Origin: the human T2T-CHM13v2.0 reference genome, Homo sapiens
Direction: 5' to 3' (one strand)
Length of the DNA: 64,000 nucleotides
Assembly (NCBI RefSeq): GCF_009914755.1
Contig: NC_060930.1
Under the pieces are notes generated by a model that was not told the origin of the DNA, did not search any database, and was given only the letters and a program-made list of their open reading frames with translations. A program made the position numbers and the translations under genes. Shown here piece by piece: positions 29,407 through 43,849 of the stretch; within the stretch, counting starts at the first letter, position 1, and each line of letters opens with the position of its first letter.

Positions 29407-29872
29407 CTTTTTTTAAAATAATTTCAACTTTTCTTTTAGATGCAGGACATACATATGTGACTTTGTTACATGAGTATATTGCATGATGCTGAAGTTTGGG
29501 ATGCAAATAATTCCACCACCCAGGTACTGAGCATAGTACCCAACAGTTTTAAAACCTTTCCCCGCTCTATTAGTTCCCTATGACTGTTGATGCCATCTTT
29601 ATGGCCATCAGTACCCAATGTTTAGCTCCCACTTATAAGTCTCACGGAGAGCTTGTGGTATTGGTTTTTTATTTCTGAGTTAATTCACTTAGGATAATGG
29701 CCTCCAGCTGCATCTATATTGCTGCAAAGGATATGGTTTCATTCATTTTTATGGCTGTGTAGCATTCCATGATATATATACATATACCACATTTTCTTTA
29801 TCCAGTCCACCAATGATGGGCACCTAGGTCAATTCTATGTCTTTGCTATTACGGTTAGTGCTGCATTGTACA
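29407..29872 (-). mobile_element. L1PA15/L1PB-like 3' end
   Basis: caggtactgagcatagtaccc...tttagctcccacttataagt...ggcctccagctgcatc. Confidence 0.85.
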
Positions 29873-30477
29873 TATACCTCTCTATATATATTCTAGGACA
29901 ACTGCCGTCAAGATATTTGTACACATAAATGACCGTTGTTGTAAAACATAGCATTGTGTGTCTATATTTCATGACTTCAATGCTGTTTCAAAAGGACCTT
30001 AGTTTTTACCTAAACTCAATAACATTTTTATTTCTATTTTTTCTTTATGATTTTTTAAGCTTACTGAAAAGTACAGAAAACAATAAATATTCCCGTACTT
30101 TCCTCTTATATAAAATGGTTCCACCATCTTGTCACATTTCCTTCAAATTTTCTTACAACAAAACAAAGCTTACAGAGGTTGCTGAAACCCCACCTCTCCA
30201 TCCCATTCACCTCTTTTCCTCTCTGAATGTTATTATCTTCAAATGTTCACACAATGACAAAAATCATCTAACAACACTTCTCAGAACATATACATGCCAT
30301 TTAGCTATGCATGACTGTGTTTATAATATATAATATTACGTATATTGGATTATAAATATTATGTATGATTTTATATAAATATATATGTGCAAACATACAC
30401 ATATACACACATACACTTGTTTTGGGAAGATTTAAACTTGTACTTAAATTGTTTCATTCAAAAATAAGGTTTTCAAG

Positions 30478-30614
30478 AGCTGGGCGAGGTGGCTCATGTA
30501 TCTAATCCCAGCTATTCAGGAAGCTAAGATGGGAGGATAGCTTGTGCCCAGAAGCTCAAGGCCAGCCTGGGCAACATAGCAAGTCTCTGTCTCTAAAAAA
30601 TAAAAAATAAAGAA
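30478..30614 (+). mobile_element. FLAM (free left Alu monomer)
   Basis: Single monomer with A tail. Confidence 0.8.
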
Positions 30615-30699
30615 AAGGTAACAATTTTTTTAAAAGTGAGCCAAAAGTAATGTTTTGAGAGATTCAGCCATATTGATGCATGCAGTTTTAGTTTATTTT

Positions 30700-31100
30700 A
30701 ACATGAGAAGAGAATGTGGCTATTAAATTGCTGGTAAGAAGGTACAAATATCTAGTAGACCAATTTGGAAAAAACAAGTAAATTTGGGAGAATGTATATC
30801 CTGTGACCCAGCAATTTCACTTCTCCGCATGAGAAACTCTTACACATGTGCACAAAGATATCTAAAAGGTTGTTCGCAGCAATGGTTTTAATCATGAAAA
30901 CCTGGAAGTAATTTAAGAGGCCCTCATTAGTAACATGGGCAAACAGTGGAATATTATACAGCAGTGAAAATAGCATTTTAATAAAATGAATTATGGTAAT
31001 CAGAAAAATTGTCAAACTATTAACCACATATAAATCTACAAACAATACTTGATAAAATACGGGTGTGAAAAAATTTTTAATATTAGGCACTTTATGAAGC
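30700..31100 (+). mobile_element. L1ME-like fragment
   Basis: tgacccagcaatttcactt...agaaactcttacacatgtgcac. Confidence 0.7.
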
Positions 31101-32633
31101 AAGATGTTTTCTCCTATTCATCATAATTTTTACACAATCTGTTTCCTTTTTAAATGAGTGTATTAGGCTTGCATGAGATAATTACAGAAGAATAATAAGA
31201 CATTTTCAAAAAAGATGCAGGTTAATAAATGGGCAAGATCTATTTTGCAATTTTTCTCCAACATTTTTGTGTGATGCTGAGTGGCAACTCTTTATCTCTT
31301 AGTGGGCCACAATCAAAGAACTCCATAAATTAGTGTTATTTATAGGTTATCTGCTTTAAGAAAATCTTGCATATTAAAACATAGACTTAAAAATATATAG
31401 TAAGCTGGGGATTTTTTTAAATAGAGGCATACTTGGATTTATAATTGGAAACACCTTTGCATAGGAACACTCCCAGTATCTTAAATATGGCTTACTATAT
31501 GAAATTTATTTTTTCAAAGCTTCAAGAATACATATCTTGCATAAAGAAGAAATATATATAGTGATAGTAGTAATTTTAGCACTAAATAATGGTTGACACT
31601 TCAGTGCCACATATTAGTAGCTCTAGTGATAAAACTCTATCAAAGATGAAGATAATCAGTTTACTGCTACCCCTTACAAAGTCTGATATTTATTTGAGGT
31701 CAATCGCGGTATCATTCTTTAATTTCATATCTTGTCATGTTCATCACCGTGAAGTTGAGGTAAAATTCTTTTAACTCATTCTGTAAAACTGTTAAGCTAT
31801 AAATCAGATGTTCATTAAAGTCAAATAGAGTTTAGTTTTGTGATTTCATTCTCCTCAAGAATCATTGAGCGATCTTTTCCCTGTGAAACGGTACTTCAGT
31901 GAGGATTGATTTTGTAGCTCAGATAGGATGGTTGTTTTTACTGGTCATTCCCCATGTTCATTTATCCTAATCTTACCAATTATGCACTTCTGGGTACCAA
32001 TTGAACTGTGGAAGGAGCAAGTGGGATGCAAGGGAAGAGGAAAGGGCCATATAGAAGTTATAGGACACAATAACTCATGGTGGGTCACAACTTTATTTCA
32101 AGCAGCTTCTTCTCTGAAATCTGGTATGCAAATTCTAGATTTATTCCTAGATTTAAACCTTAAATTCTAGATTTAAACCTTAAACTATATACAGTGAAAG
32201 CAGCTGATGGTGGTAAAACAAACTGTAATCCAAGATGAATTTCAGAATGAGAAAATTTAGAAGAAATTAGGATATAATTCCTTAGGTTTCTGTGAAAAAT
32301 AAGCAAGGCAGGAGTGATGAAGAAATATTTGGTAATGAAAGTCAAGAGAATTACAATAAAATAAATTACTTAGGACATGAGTTTAGTTACTGCAGTTTTA
32401 TGTGGATGTTTACATTTTTAACTATTTCACCTGTTATATTGTTTTATTAAAAGGGTTCCTTTTTTCAGCTTTATTGAGGTGTAATTGGTAAATGGATATG
32501 TTAATTAGCTTGATTATGGCGATTATTTCACAATGTATACATAGATCTAAATATCAATTTATATACCTTAAACATATACAATTTTTACTAAGGAAGTTCT
32601 TGGTTAAACAAAATACCTTTTCAAAGTGTATCA

Positions 32634-32775
32634 ACTGGGGACGGTGGCTCATGCCTGTAATCCCAGTACTTTGGGAGGCTGAGGTGGGAGGATTACTTGA
32701 GTCCACTAGTTCAATACCAGCCTGGGCAGCATAGTGAGACCCTTTCTCTACAAAAATAAACAAATAAATAATAAA
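32634..32775 (+). mobile_element. FLAM_C / Alu left monomer
   Basis: Monomer with A-rich tail. Confidence 0.8.
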
Positions 32776-32902
32776 AGTGTGTCCGTTGATGTTTGTAATT
32801 GATTTCTACTCAAGTAATCAAGTCAGTAGCTTCAGAATAAAGTTATTCTTTATTTTAAAACCCAAATAGGTAAAGCACCAGTAAAAATGAATGTATTTAG
32901 AC

Positions 32903-33200
32903 TTTTTTTTTTCTTTTTGAGACAGAGTTTCACTCTTGTTGCCCAGGTTGGAGTGCAATGGCGTGATCTTGGCTCACCGGTAACCTCCGCCTCCCAGGCT
33001 CAAGCGACTCTCCTGCCTCAGCCTCCTGAGTAGGTGGGATTACAGGCGTGTGCCACCACGCCTGGCTAATTTTGTGTTTTGAGTAGAGATGGGGTTTCTC
33101 CATATTGGTCAGGCTGGTCTCGAACTCCCAACCTCAGATGATCCACCTGCTTCGGCCTCCCAAAATGCTGGGATTACAGGTGTGAGCCACCGCACCTGGC
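32903..33200 (-). mobile_element. AluSp-like
   Basis: cactcttgttgcccagg, caatggcg, ggctcaccg diagnostics. Confidence 0.88.
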
Positions 33201-33330
33201 TTGTTTTGTTTGTTTGTTTGAATGTTGCAATTATGGGGGGATTTTCTGGTCATTATATGAACATGTTGAAAGGTTTTTAAATAGGGAAAAGAGAATAAAT
33301 GTTCCATGATAATTTGGAAGTAAATCTGTG

Positions 33331-33660
33331 TTTTTTTCTTCTTCTTCTTCTTTTTTTTTTTTTTTTTTTTTTGGAGAGATAAGATATCACTCTGTTGCCC
33401 AGGCAGTAGTGCTGGAGTGCAGTGGCATGATCATAACTCACTGCAACCTGGGCTCAGGCAATCCTCCTGTCTCAGCATCCTGAGTAGCTAGGACTGCAGG
33501 CATGCACTTCCATGCCTGGCTATTTTTTTATTTTTATTGTTGTAGAGATGGGGTCTTGCTGTGTTGCCCAGGCTGGTCTCAAACTTATTGCCTCAAGCTG
33601 TCATCCTGCCTTGGCGTCCGACAGTGCTGGGATTACAGGTGTAAGTCACCATGCCCAGCC
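33331..33660 (-). mobile_element. AluJ
   Basis: Diverged dimer (gggctcaggcaatcctcc). Confidence 0.85.
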
Positions 33661-34659
33661 GACTTAAGTTTTCTTAAGGATTTATTATACTTTAAAAGGC
33701 AGAATAGAGTTAACCGTAACACAGTCTCATAATTAGAGATTATATTGATTTCTTGTTGGAAGTGCCAGAAGGTACCCATTCTAACACTGTTTTGGCTGAA
33801 TCTTATAGATAAGGATGGCACTTTGGAAAAACTAAGGGTAAGATGGTACATGAATGGTTAAAAATCTGAATCAGCTATTAGAGCTGAAATCAGGTGGGAC
33901 CTTCTAAATTTTAGATCCAGATTCTCTTTTAGGGAATAGCTTTTATGGAAAGGGAAGTGAAAATATTTTTCTGTAGTCTGCTTTGTGGTATGAAATACTG
34001 TTGATCAGACGACTGCTCAGGTTCAAATTAACAGTGACTAAAGATGAGATCAGTGGTTAAATGCTGACAAACTGTCATTTAGAGATTCACAAATTGCTCC
34101 AATGACCAAAAAGGAATTTAAATATTTTTTATTTGTATCAGCTGAGTAAGACCTCTCTTGGCTCCTCTCTTGACCTCCAGAATGAATTATTTAAGTCTAA
34201 TGTTTTTTCTTACCAGGAGAGTTACATTATCCTACTTGGCTGCTTATATCAAGTTAATTAGAAGATTGCCAATTTCCCCACTCTATTAGAAGCTATATAA
34301 ATATCACAATTAAAGGACAAATGATGGCTCTGCTAATCTCAAGAATTTATAATTTGATGATCTAAAGATTTATTTAATATAAGAATACTTTAACAACATA
34401 AATTTTTGTTCTTAGCCACTTAGTTTAGTTCATGTTGGGATGAAACGGCTAATTTGAACTTTGGTTAATTTGAAAATGTAGCATAATACAGTTCAGACTT
34501 AAGTACTCTTATTTTGGAGTACTGTTCATTACTTAGACTGTTAAATTAAACTTCTGTGAGCAAAACAGTTAACATTTATTGAATCTATGTTTCGGGCGTC
34601 AAGCTTTCCATGCAACACACCTTACTTTTCACACATAATTAATTGTTCCTTATTGTTCC

Positions 34660-34780
34660 TTCTTCATCTGTAAAATAAGGATAAGAACTAGACCCATTTC
34701 AAAGGCTTGTTTGAGGATTAAATGAAATGTATAGAAAGCACTTAAAACATTATAGAGTAAGCACTCAATAAATGTAAAAT
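34660..34780 (+). mobile_element. MIR
   Basis: cttcatctgtaaaataagg...tgaggattaaatga...aagcactcaataaatg. Confidence 0.7.
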
Positions 34781-34980
34781 ATTAAAATCAGCTGCTTTGA
34801 CCATCAAAAAAGTTATATGTTTTGTCATGTTATTATTATGTTTAGGCATTATTGTTATCCCAACTCTTAAATGGGCAGGAAGCTCACATAACTCATAACT
34901 AACAAAGCTGGGATACAAATTCGGTTCTGTTTGGTTTTAGGGTCCAGTCTTTTATCTTCATTCAAAGAGATAAATGGCCA

Positions 34981-34993
34981 ATCTATATATCTA

Positions 34994-35039
<46 letters not shown>

Positions 35040-35047
35040 ATCTATCT
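34981..35047 (+). repeat. (TATC)n tetranucleotide STR
   Basis: Direct inspection. Confidence 0.95.
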
Positions 35048-36261
35048 TAGTTTAAGGTATTCTGAATTCTTCAAACAATTTCTGCCATGAATAATTCCAT
35101 CCCTACCATCACTATTCTGGCTCAGGCCCATTCAACTTTCTCCCATTCCTTTTTTATTTTTTTAAGATTGATTAGGTTTTGGTGGAGTGTCTACTCTTAA
35201 AACACAATATCCAGTTCTGTGGTTCTAAACCACAGTGAAAATTGCTTGAGGTGCCACAAGTAACTTTTTTCAAACTAGTAAAATAGTACAATAAAAATCT
35301 AAAGTTTAGAAATGACTTTTTAAACCTAAATTCTAGCAGATACAAGATTATTCCTAAAATAGCAACCCATTCACTCCGCCATGATCTTATATGCTTTCTT
35401 GAGAGGGAAAGCAATGGTGGAGCTGCAACCAGTTCTCCAGCAACCTTACACAAAGCAGAGACCTAGCACCGGCACATTCCCAGCACAGCCTCTTCCATTC
35501 CATCCATCATGGAGGCCAGGTGACAGGCCCAGAATGGCTGAGCAAACCCATCCCTCAGCTAAGCCTCTGTGGAGGTTTTCTTTCTGCCTTAATTGACCAG
35601 ATAAAAAAGAAGTATTAATATTACCTAGAATCATCAGATACCCTGTAATTTTAAGAGCAATTCACATAGTTTTCACTCTTCTGACATGCGACTACATTGC
35701 TGTTTACTAAGTTCATTGTAGACATGCAACAGCAACAACTGCAACAAAATTTCCAGATGGGACTTTAATACCAGAGATATGAGGGGAAATTTCTAGTAGC
35801 TTGAATTACTAAAATGATCCTCTGAAAGATTAATAAATTGTATTTTGGTGTACTTTGTGTAGAAGGCTATTTGTTAAATACCAGTTCAAGGTAAAAGGAT
35901 GTTTAATTAAAGCTTCATATTCATGAGAATTTAACAAAACAATCAGCCAAATTGTTTTACTGTAGTTGTGCAGCAGTTAACTGAAACTTACATAACGTTT
36001 AAGGCTTTTTACCCCAACTTCAGACCCTCTGAAACAAACTCCACTTGGTTTAACCTCAAAAATACTGCTTTAGACAATTTTTTTAACTTCTGAAGAGCAA
36101 GAAGCAAATTTTATGATATCGGTTTTGCAAATAAAATGTTGTCAAAGAATGAATAACAAATTTGTTAATTTTATAAATAGATAGTATTACAAATTCTATA
36201 GCTAAGAGTTATTTTGTAATCCATGCATATGGAGAAAAGAAATAGAGACTTGTGGGGGCGT

Positions 36262-36695
36262 TTCTTTTTTTGATTTTTGTTTTGTTTTGTTTTGTTTAGA
36301 GTTGGGGGTCTCATTCTGTTGCCCAGGCTGAAGTGCAGTGGCACCATCATAACTCACTGCCTCAAACTCCTGAGCTCAAGCAATTCTCCCACCTCCACCA
36401 AGCCTGGCTAATTTATTTTTATTTTTAATTTTTTGAGACAGAGTCTCACTCTGTCACCGAGGCTGGAGTGCAATGGTGCGATCTCAGCTCACTGCAACCC
36501 CCATCTCTGGGGCTCAAGTGATCCTGCCAAGAAGCTTGATGTGCACCATGAAGCCTGCCTAATTTTTGTATTTTCTGTAGAGACAGGGTTTTGCCATGTT
36601 GCCCAGGCTGGTCTCCAGCTCCTGGGATCAAGCAATCTGCCAGCCTCGGCCTCCCAAAGTGCTGGCATTACAGGTGTGAGCCACCATGCCCAGCT
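36262..36695 (-). mobile_element. Two tandem AluJ-type elements (partial right arm plus near-full copy)
   Basis: Two successive ...cccaggctg(g/a)agtgca arms. Confidence 0.8.
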
Positions 36696-37599
36696 AATAT
36701 TTTTTTTAATTTTGTGGGCTGTTTTTTGAGGTATTTAAATAAACTCCATGTTACATCTTCATACATCATTATTAGAGAGAATGCTCAACTAAATTGTTAC
36801 ATTCTTTCCACAGCACAATAGAATTACAGAATAATTCAAAGCAAATACAAATTATTTTCTTAGCCCATCTTCTTAATTTGTAATATTGTCCCAGAATACC
36901 CTTCCAGACTAAATTAACATTTACAAACAAATGAGTTTTCAATAAGGATACATTATGAGTGTGAGGTTGAGCAAAGATAAAATACTAACATTTGTGTAGC
37001 AATGTGAAGGGCTGCTGAGATAACAGTAGGAACCAAATACACAATCACCAATTCATGTGGCTCAAGGGAAATAAATATGAACATTCCTGAGTTATTGGCC
37101 AAGATTAAGGAAATACAAGGTTTTTTTTTCTTAAGGAGTATGAAAAGGTTTAGGAAACAGGTAATTTTTTGCAAGTGATAAAAAAGTATTAAGTGCCTGG
37201 AATGTTGGAATAAATAGCTATGATCGAAGTAGAGAAAGATGTGTTTTTAAGGAACAAAAGCTCCCTTTGTTTTGTTCCACTCTCTGTGGAAATGCTTTAA
37301 GACTTAGCCCTGAGGACTGTGAAGCATCAGATAAGTTGTGATGTTCTCCCATGTCTTCAGCATGTGACCCATTCACACAGAATATTCAGATACAGATATG
37401 GGTTCTAATTGCCAAGTAGTTTACATTTCCCTAGACTTCATTGCAATTGATTTAAAAAAATGGCCACTTTACGGTATGATTTCACTTCGTACAGGTACAC
37501 TTTTGGCAGATTCAGATAAAAAGAAATCATTCATATTTATTATCATTCTGCATGTTCAGCCTTTTTCCTTCCTTAGAATCAGTCTTGATTACTTTTAAA

Positions 37600-38200
37600 G
37601 GGACTTTACTAATCTTTATCTTCCTCTCCATCCTGCCATCACTGACCTGCCTCAATCCCTGTTCAACTCTCTCTTATTCAGTCTCCTATGTGGATTGTCC
37701 CACTGCCTTCTGTCCTCTGCGCAGTCACAAGGCAGTCTATTTAGGATGCAGATCTGTTTCTGTCACCCCACTGCTAGACCCCCGCAGTGGCTCCTCACAA
37801 CCAGCCTATAGCAGACAAGCTTTTATTAGAGCAGACTATACTCCTTGTGTGCAGAAGTGGTGGTTATTTGTCATCTACTCTGCCCTTGAGATTCTCAACT
37901 CCACTCCAGCAACTCTGAACTTCTTGCAGCGTCCTGCCCTTCCCAGCATCTTATCTTTGCCCATGCTGCTCTTTATGTTCATTCTCTTTCCTCTTACTCT
38001 AACTTCTCCTTTTAGACTCAGCTCCCATATCACCTCCTCCAGACATTTGTTGAATGACCTTTGTCAATGAGCCCACGTCCTGGCATATCTGAATTACTGC
38101 ACTTCTATGGCTTGTTTGTTTGTTTTGTTTTTGTTTTTGTTTTGTAGTTAAGTGTCTGTCTCCTCCAGTAGTGTTAATTTCTGAGGGATTGGAACAATGT
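37600..38200 (+). mobile_element. L2
   Basis: Pyrimidine-rich L2 motifs (ctcagctcccatatcacctcctccag). Confidence 0.6.
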
Positions 38201-40263
38201 CATAGTAATCCAACAAAATTTGAAAGGCTGAAAATAGTTAGTTAAACCATTTCTTAAAAAATGTTTTATTTGGCCAGAACCAAGGTACACAGACATAAAT
38301 TCCTGTAAACAAGCATTTGCAAAGAACCCCAGTTCAGTCTATAAAGTAGCAAGTTTAGGTGGTGTAGACGTATGTCAGTATTTTTAAGTATTCCTTCATA
38401 TGGTCTGATTTTTTAAAAAAACATTTTCCATTTATCGAATTCTATTTGTGATATGTGCTTCAATTTTGAGCTAGATTGCAAGAATGTATATGGCCCTGCA
38501 AAGAAAGTAATTACCTAGGATGAAGACATTTGATATATTTGCTGTTCCTGTGAAATTTGTAAAACTACTCATTCCAAGAGATTTTCTCTTAAAATGAGAT
38601 TTTTAGAAAGGGAAAATTCATTAAATAGTTTACTTGTGGCTGCTTTTAAATACTAATATTTTGTGCTATACTTTGTGTGCCTTAAAACATTTGGCAAAAC
38701 CATACTTTTCTACGAAAATAAAAATGAGTCCTAGCTTAGTTCTTTCTTAATACTGACAACTGCATTTAACGTAGGTGTTAATTTTGTTTTGGAATTTTTA
38801 ACAACAGTTTCTGTTCTAGGGTTGAACTTCAGACTTTCAGATATGATTTTATTATCAAAAATCAGGCTTTGGGCAAGGTCATTTCCTATTTTCCTCTCTT
38901 TTATGTGTGTAATTATAAATCTTTAGAGAAATATTCCTCCCTCTGTTTATGGAGTAACAGTAAAATCATGTTAAATTCATTTTTGAAAATTATTTTCTAA
39001 AACCTCCAAAAGCAAGCTGAAATATTTGCAGGTTTATTATTTAAACCTTTAAATAATACATTCACAATGTGCATGCTCTCTTTGTCTTTATTAATTACTC
39101 TGGGTTTTTTTTTCCCAATTTCTTGGAAATTACCTGGTGAGAACCCTGCAGGACTGCATGCAGAGGTACTCAGTAAGTTAATTTAGGCAACTGCAGTAAT
39201 GGCTGTCTTTGCTTAGCATGATATATGAAATATTTTGCAAAAAATAAAATCACATGTAGAATGACATATGCCTATAGAAATTCTATAATTTGATGGGTTC
39301 TTTCCTAAGAAAAAGGGGATATTAATTGTTATAAATGATAAAAAAAAAAAGTTACTTCCATTCATGTAAATATAAAGTTTCCTCTTTGCTTAGAATTACC
39401 TTTTAAAACATGGAATGTTACTATCTGATCTTTATGTATCTTAATCCTATTGCAAATCTTTTGATTTGGTGATACAGCAAACAACATGCTATGTCTTTCC
39501 CTACCCCACTAAGTTTATTACATTTAAAAGATAATTATAATGCTATTGCATTAAATGTATAAGTTGTTTACAGAGAAAATGTTAACTTTGTAAATTTTGT
39601 TATGCCCCCCTCAGTTCAGAAATGTGGAGGCACACCACTGACTACACAATAGCTTAGCCCACCTTTCAAATTATTTCTAATATGATTCTTTCATGGTGTC
39701 TTTGCTCCGAATAAACTGAACTAGTCAGTGTTTCTCCAATAATTTTTATTCTTTTCTGCCTCTCTGCCTTTGCTCAATCTATTTTTCCATCTGATATGCT
39801 TTCCTTGGTGTTCAGTGCAAATCCCAAACACATCATTCCCCTTAACCACATAGGGAGGTGGTGACATTCTGGATACTTCCACCATGGGGCGTACTAAATA
39901 ACTGCTTATTCACTTCAGTCTATATAGTCTAGTTGTGAGAACTGATATCCTGGATCATTAGAATTCACTGCGTGTCTGTCAGTTATCAATAGGTTAAACC
40001 GCAGAAAATAAAGCTAGAATATGTCTTTGTATTGAATTCATTTATTCTTTTTTCAATGTTTGACATGTATGAATAATACAGATATACTTTGCCAAGATAT
40101 AGATGTTAGAATTGTCTCTATAGAGTGAAAGAAATACAAGTTGCTTCTTTGTGAAAGCTTCATGCTTTCTTAAAACAGGAAACTTTAAGTAGGTGCAGAT
40201 TGACATGTTGAAGCATTTTGATGCAACTATTCTTAAAAATGCCTAGAGGTTTTACTGTCCAAA

Positions 40264-40323
40264 TTTTTTTTTTGTTTTTTGTTGTTGTTTTTGTTTTTTG
40301 TTGTTGTTGTTGTTGTTGTTTTG
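40264..40323 (+). repeat. T-rich / (TTG)n repeat
   Basis: Direct inspection. Confidence 0.9.
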
Positions 40324-40382
40324 CTAAAGCACAGCTAATACAATAAATCAAAATTTGTAAAATGTAATCTCTTCCCCTGTAG

Positions 40383-40409
40383 GATTTTGTGGTCCCTTTA
40401 AAAAATAAG
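40383..40409 (+). other. Candidate 27-nt microexon (DFVVPLKNK)
   Basis: taatctcttcccctgtag|GAT...AAG|gtagga; multiple of 3, open in phase 0. Confidence 0.3.
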
Positions 40410-42428
40410 GTAGGAAAGAAAATTTCAAAGCAATTATCAGACCTAATTTTTAACACAAAAGAGCTGTCAGATTTTATACCCTTATTACTTTAATCTGGGA
40501 GGTAATTTGTTGTATTGTTATAATGTTGACAGGCTCAAATTCCCTGAAATAAATTATCAGAATAAGAAGTGTAGTATAAGATAGAAAAATTTATTCTTTT
40601 GGGTATTGCTTCTTACCAAAAAGAAATGAGATTTGTGTGTGTGTGTGAACATTTAAACGAAAGAAAAAATAACAAACTATTAAAATGTAGTATTATGTTT
40701 GCATAAATTGATTTTGCAATAAATATTGGACAAATCTTTGCTGCAGAGCTGATTATTTTGGAATTTTGATTAAATGAGGCAGCAAAAGTCAGAAATATTA
40801 AGCACTATAAAAATGAAATTTGGTTAAAATGTCACTCAAGGTATAGTTATGTCTTTTCTTTTTATCATGAATTATTGAATGGATCAAAACAGAAGCATCT
40901 TATCTACCACTGTAAATCTAGCCATCATTATTTCTTATTTTATTAAAGCAGAAACATTAACATGCTTTGAGTACAAATTCTGAAGTGGAAAGGATGTTTT
41001 CTGTGTAAGATGAAGGATTCTGATAAATTTAATATTTTATATTTAATATTTTATAAAATATCTTGTTACAATTAAAATTTAAAAGATGCCTTGCTTTGCT
41101 TATGGCCCTGTGGTGGGTACTAAAGTATTTCTTATGTGAATAATATGTTCATATATATGCATAATTTTATAACTGAATAATCTGAGTCCATATGTGAATG
41201 TATATATTTACATATTTTTAATCAGCTTAAGAATATCAATCTGGAACTATTTGTTTCTTATTATTCCCATGCCCAAATCACTTCTCGATATTGGCTTAAG
41301 TGAATGACAAAATATTAACTACTTTAAGTGATAGGTTCTTTACCTTAGTCAGTTCCTAATATAGCAACCTAAACTGATGTCATAGAGGCCTTCCTTGAAA
41401 GCATCAAGGTGCCTTCTACATATCTGAATGAAAACAAAAGCATAATTTAACCGAAAAGGAGACTGTGACTACTGCAAATGTTCATAAAAAGAACAAAATA
41501 GTTTTCTATAGTAATCCACACCATCTGTGATTAAAAAGTATCATCTTTACTATTCCCTCTTGTCAAAAGAACAATACTTAGAACCACATGTAATAATTTT
41601 CCATGCTCATTCATATATATAAACATGAAGACACATATAGCAACATAATCATTCTACCAGTATTATACTTTTAAGGAAAATTCATTATCTTAACTGTTTC
41701 TTGGTTTTTATATCAGGGACAAAGATGTTTAGCTAACATGATCATACAAACTATGAGTGTGTGTATATGTGTATACCCATTTAGGCATGTGCACCAGCCA
41801 AGGTTTTCAACTGGAAATGACAATTAGCTACTTCATAAATGCTTTTGGCTATGCGTGCATATTCACAAAGCCACCTGCTTTTTAAAAGTATTGAAAATTT
41901 TTATTACTAAATTTCAAATCTGGATTTTACGAATGTTGCCTATCCTACTAGAGACCAGTGTTGATTAATACTCTTTTAAATATCAAGGCAGAAAGCCCAA
42001 ATTAATATTAGCATAATTAACATAAATCAGTACTAATTTGTATTGATAATAGGGATGTTCTGTATGTGATCATTGTGTCCTGTGTCCTCACCTGCAGGCA
42101 TTATCCTTATATGTGTGTACATATATGTTTATTTCAGAATTTTAAAAATGACGTTGTTATACTTTATATCTGGATTCAGTAGGGAATGAAACAAAGTTTA
42201 TATTTGTTAATTGAAATGCATAATATTGAAAACTATCCAAAAATTGCCTTGAGAAAAATTATAGCCAAGATAAAATGCTTAAATATTCAATTTATTTCAT
42301 GATCCTTGAATCTCCTGGAACTTAAATTATATATTAACCTGATAATAGTTAACTTAGGACAGAATGTAAACTAGATCCCACTTATAAATTTTATGTGCAC
42401 ATGTTTAACCATTCATCAGACACAGAAC

Positions 42429-42691
42429 TTCTTTTATTTTGAGACAGTCTTACTCTGCCACCCAGGCTGGAGTGCAGTGGTGCAATCATAGCTCCCTGCA
42501 ACCTCTAAATCTTGGGTTTAAGAGACCCTCCTACATCAGCCTTCTGAGTAGCTGGGACCACATATGGTGCCACCACAACTGGCTAATTTTTTTATTTTGC
42601 AGGCTGATCTCGAACTCCTGGCTTCAAACAATCCTCCCACCTTGGCTTCCAAAGTGTTGGGTTTACAGGCATGAGCCACTGCCTCAAGCCA
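42429..42691 (-). mobile_element. AluJ with internal deletion
   Basis: Diverged Alu. Confidence 0.85.
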
Positions 42692-43147
42692 GAATGTCTT
42701 GATGAAATCTGAATTAAAAAGATTTTGTTTCCACCAGCTATCCAGGGCAAAACAGAGTAGGACCACATTAATCCTTGATAGTAGCTCTCTTTACTCTTCC
42801 TAGATTTACTCTTAGATCTGTACTTCTGAATAGTCTTTACTTTCTTAATCATATGACCTCCTACAATAAGGTTTTTGTTTTATTTGGGTTTTCGCCAATG
42901 TATTTGTTGATATTTAAATTTTAATTGCAACAAAATGACAAAATTTCATGACTTTTATTTTTTTCAAATAATTTTTCACATTAAGACATATTTTACATGT
43001 ATTAAGATATGAAATGAAAACAGGGTGGAGAAATATTTGGAAAAATTTGATTATATGTATTAAGATGTGAAATGGAAAAGAGGGTGGGGAAAATTTATGG
43101 AAAAAATTTTGAAGTATAAAAGGGAAACTTCTTTTAGACGTTCTTAA

Positions 43148-43522
<375 letters not shown>

Positions 43523-43767
43523 CACAAATACTTTTTTTTTTCAGACTTTTCCCTAGGTTGAAAAACAAATCAAAATGGCAATAGGTGTAACTACTCTTTT
43601 GGCTCAAGTACTTTTCAGGAAGTAATCAGGTTCCTACCATGATATGGTGGAAGAGAAAGATCACAATTCTCTAAAACTTTGCAAATATGATATATATAGT
43701 TTTTATTAAGTTACTTCTACTTTTTGACAAATTCCAAAATAATCTAAATATAATGTTGATCAGTTTT

Positions 43768-43849
43768 GTTGAACTCCTGTCCTCAACTGATCCACCCACC
43801 TTGGCCCCACAAAGGTGCTGGGATTACAGGCATGAGGCACCATGCCCAG
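43768..43849 (-). mobile_element. 3'-truncated Alu 5' fragment with 11-bp TSD
   Basis: TGATCAGTTTT at 43757 and 43850. Confidence 0.8.

Noticed and set aside
37552-38070. Longest ORF in the track (172 aa)
   Set aside because: Lies in pyrimidine-rich L2 sequence; low-complexity Leu/Ser/Phe composition; no exon context
38820-38877. Possible 58-nt exon (VELQTFRYDFIIKNQALGK)
   Set aside because: Weak donor (gtcatt), and phase incompatible with the recognised exon
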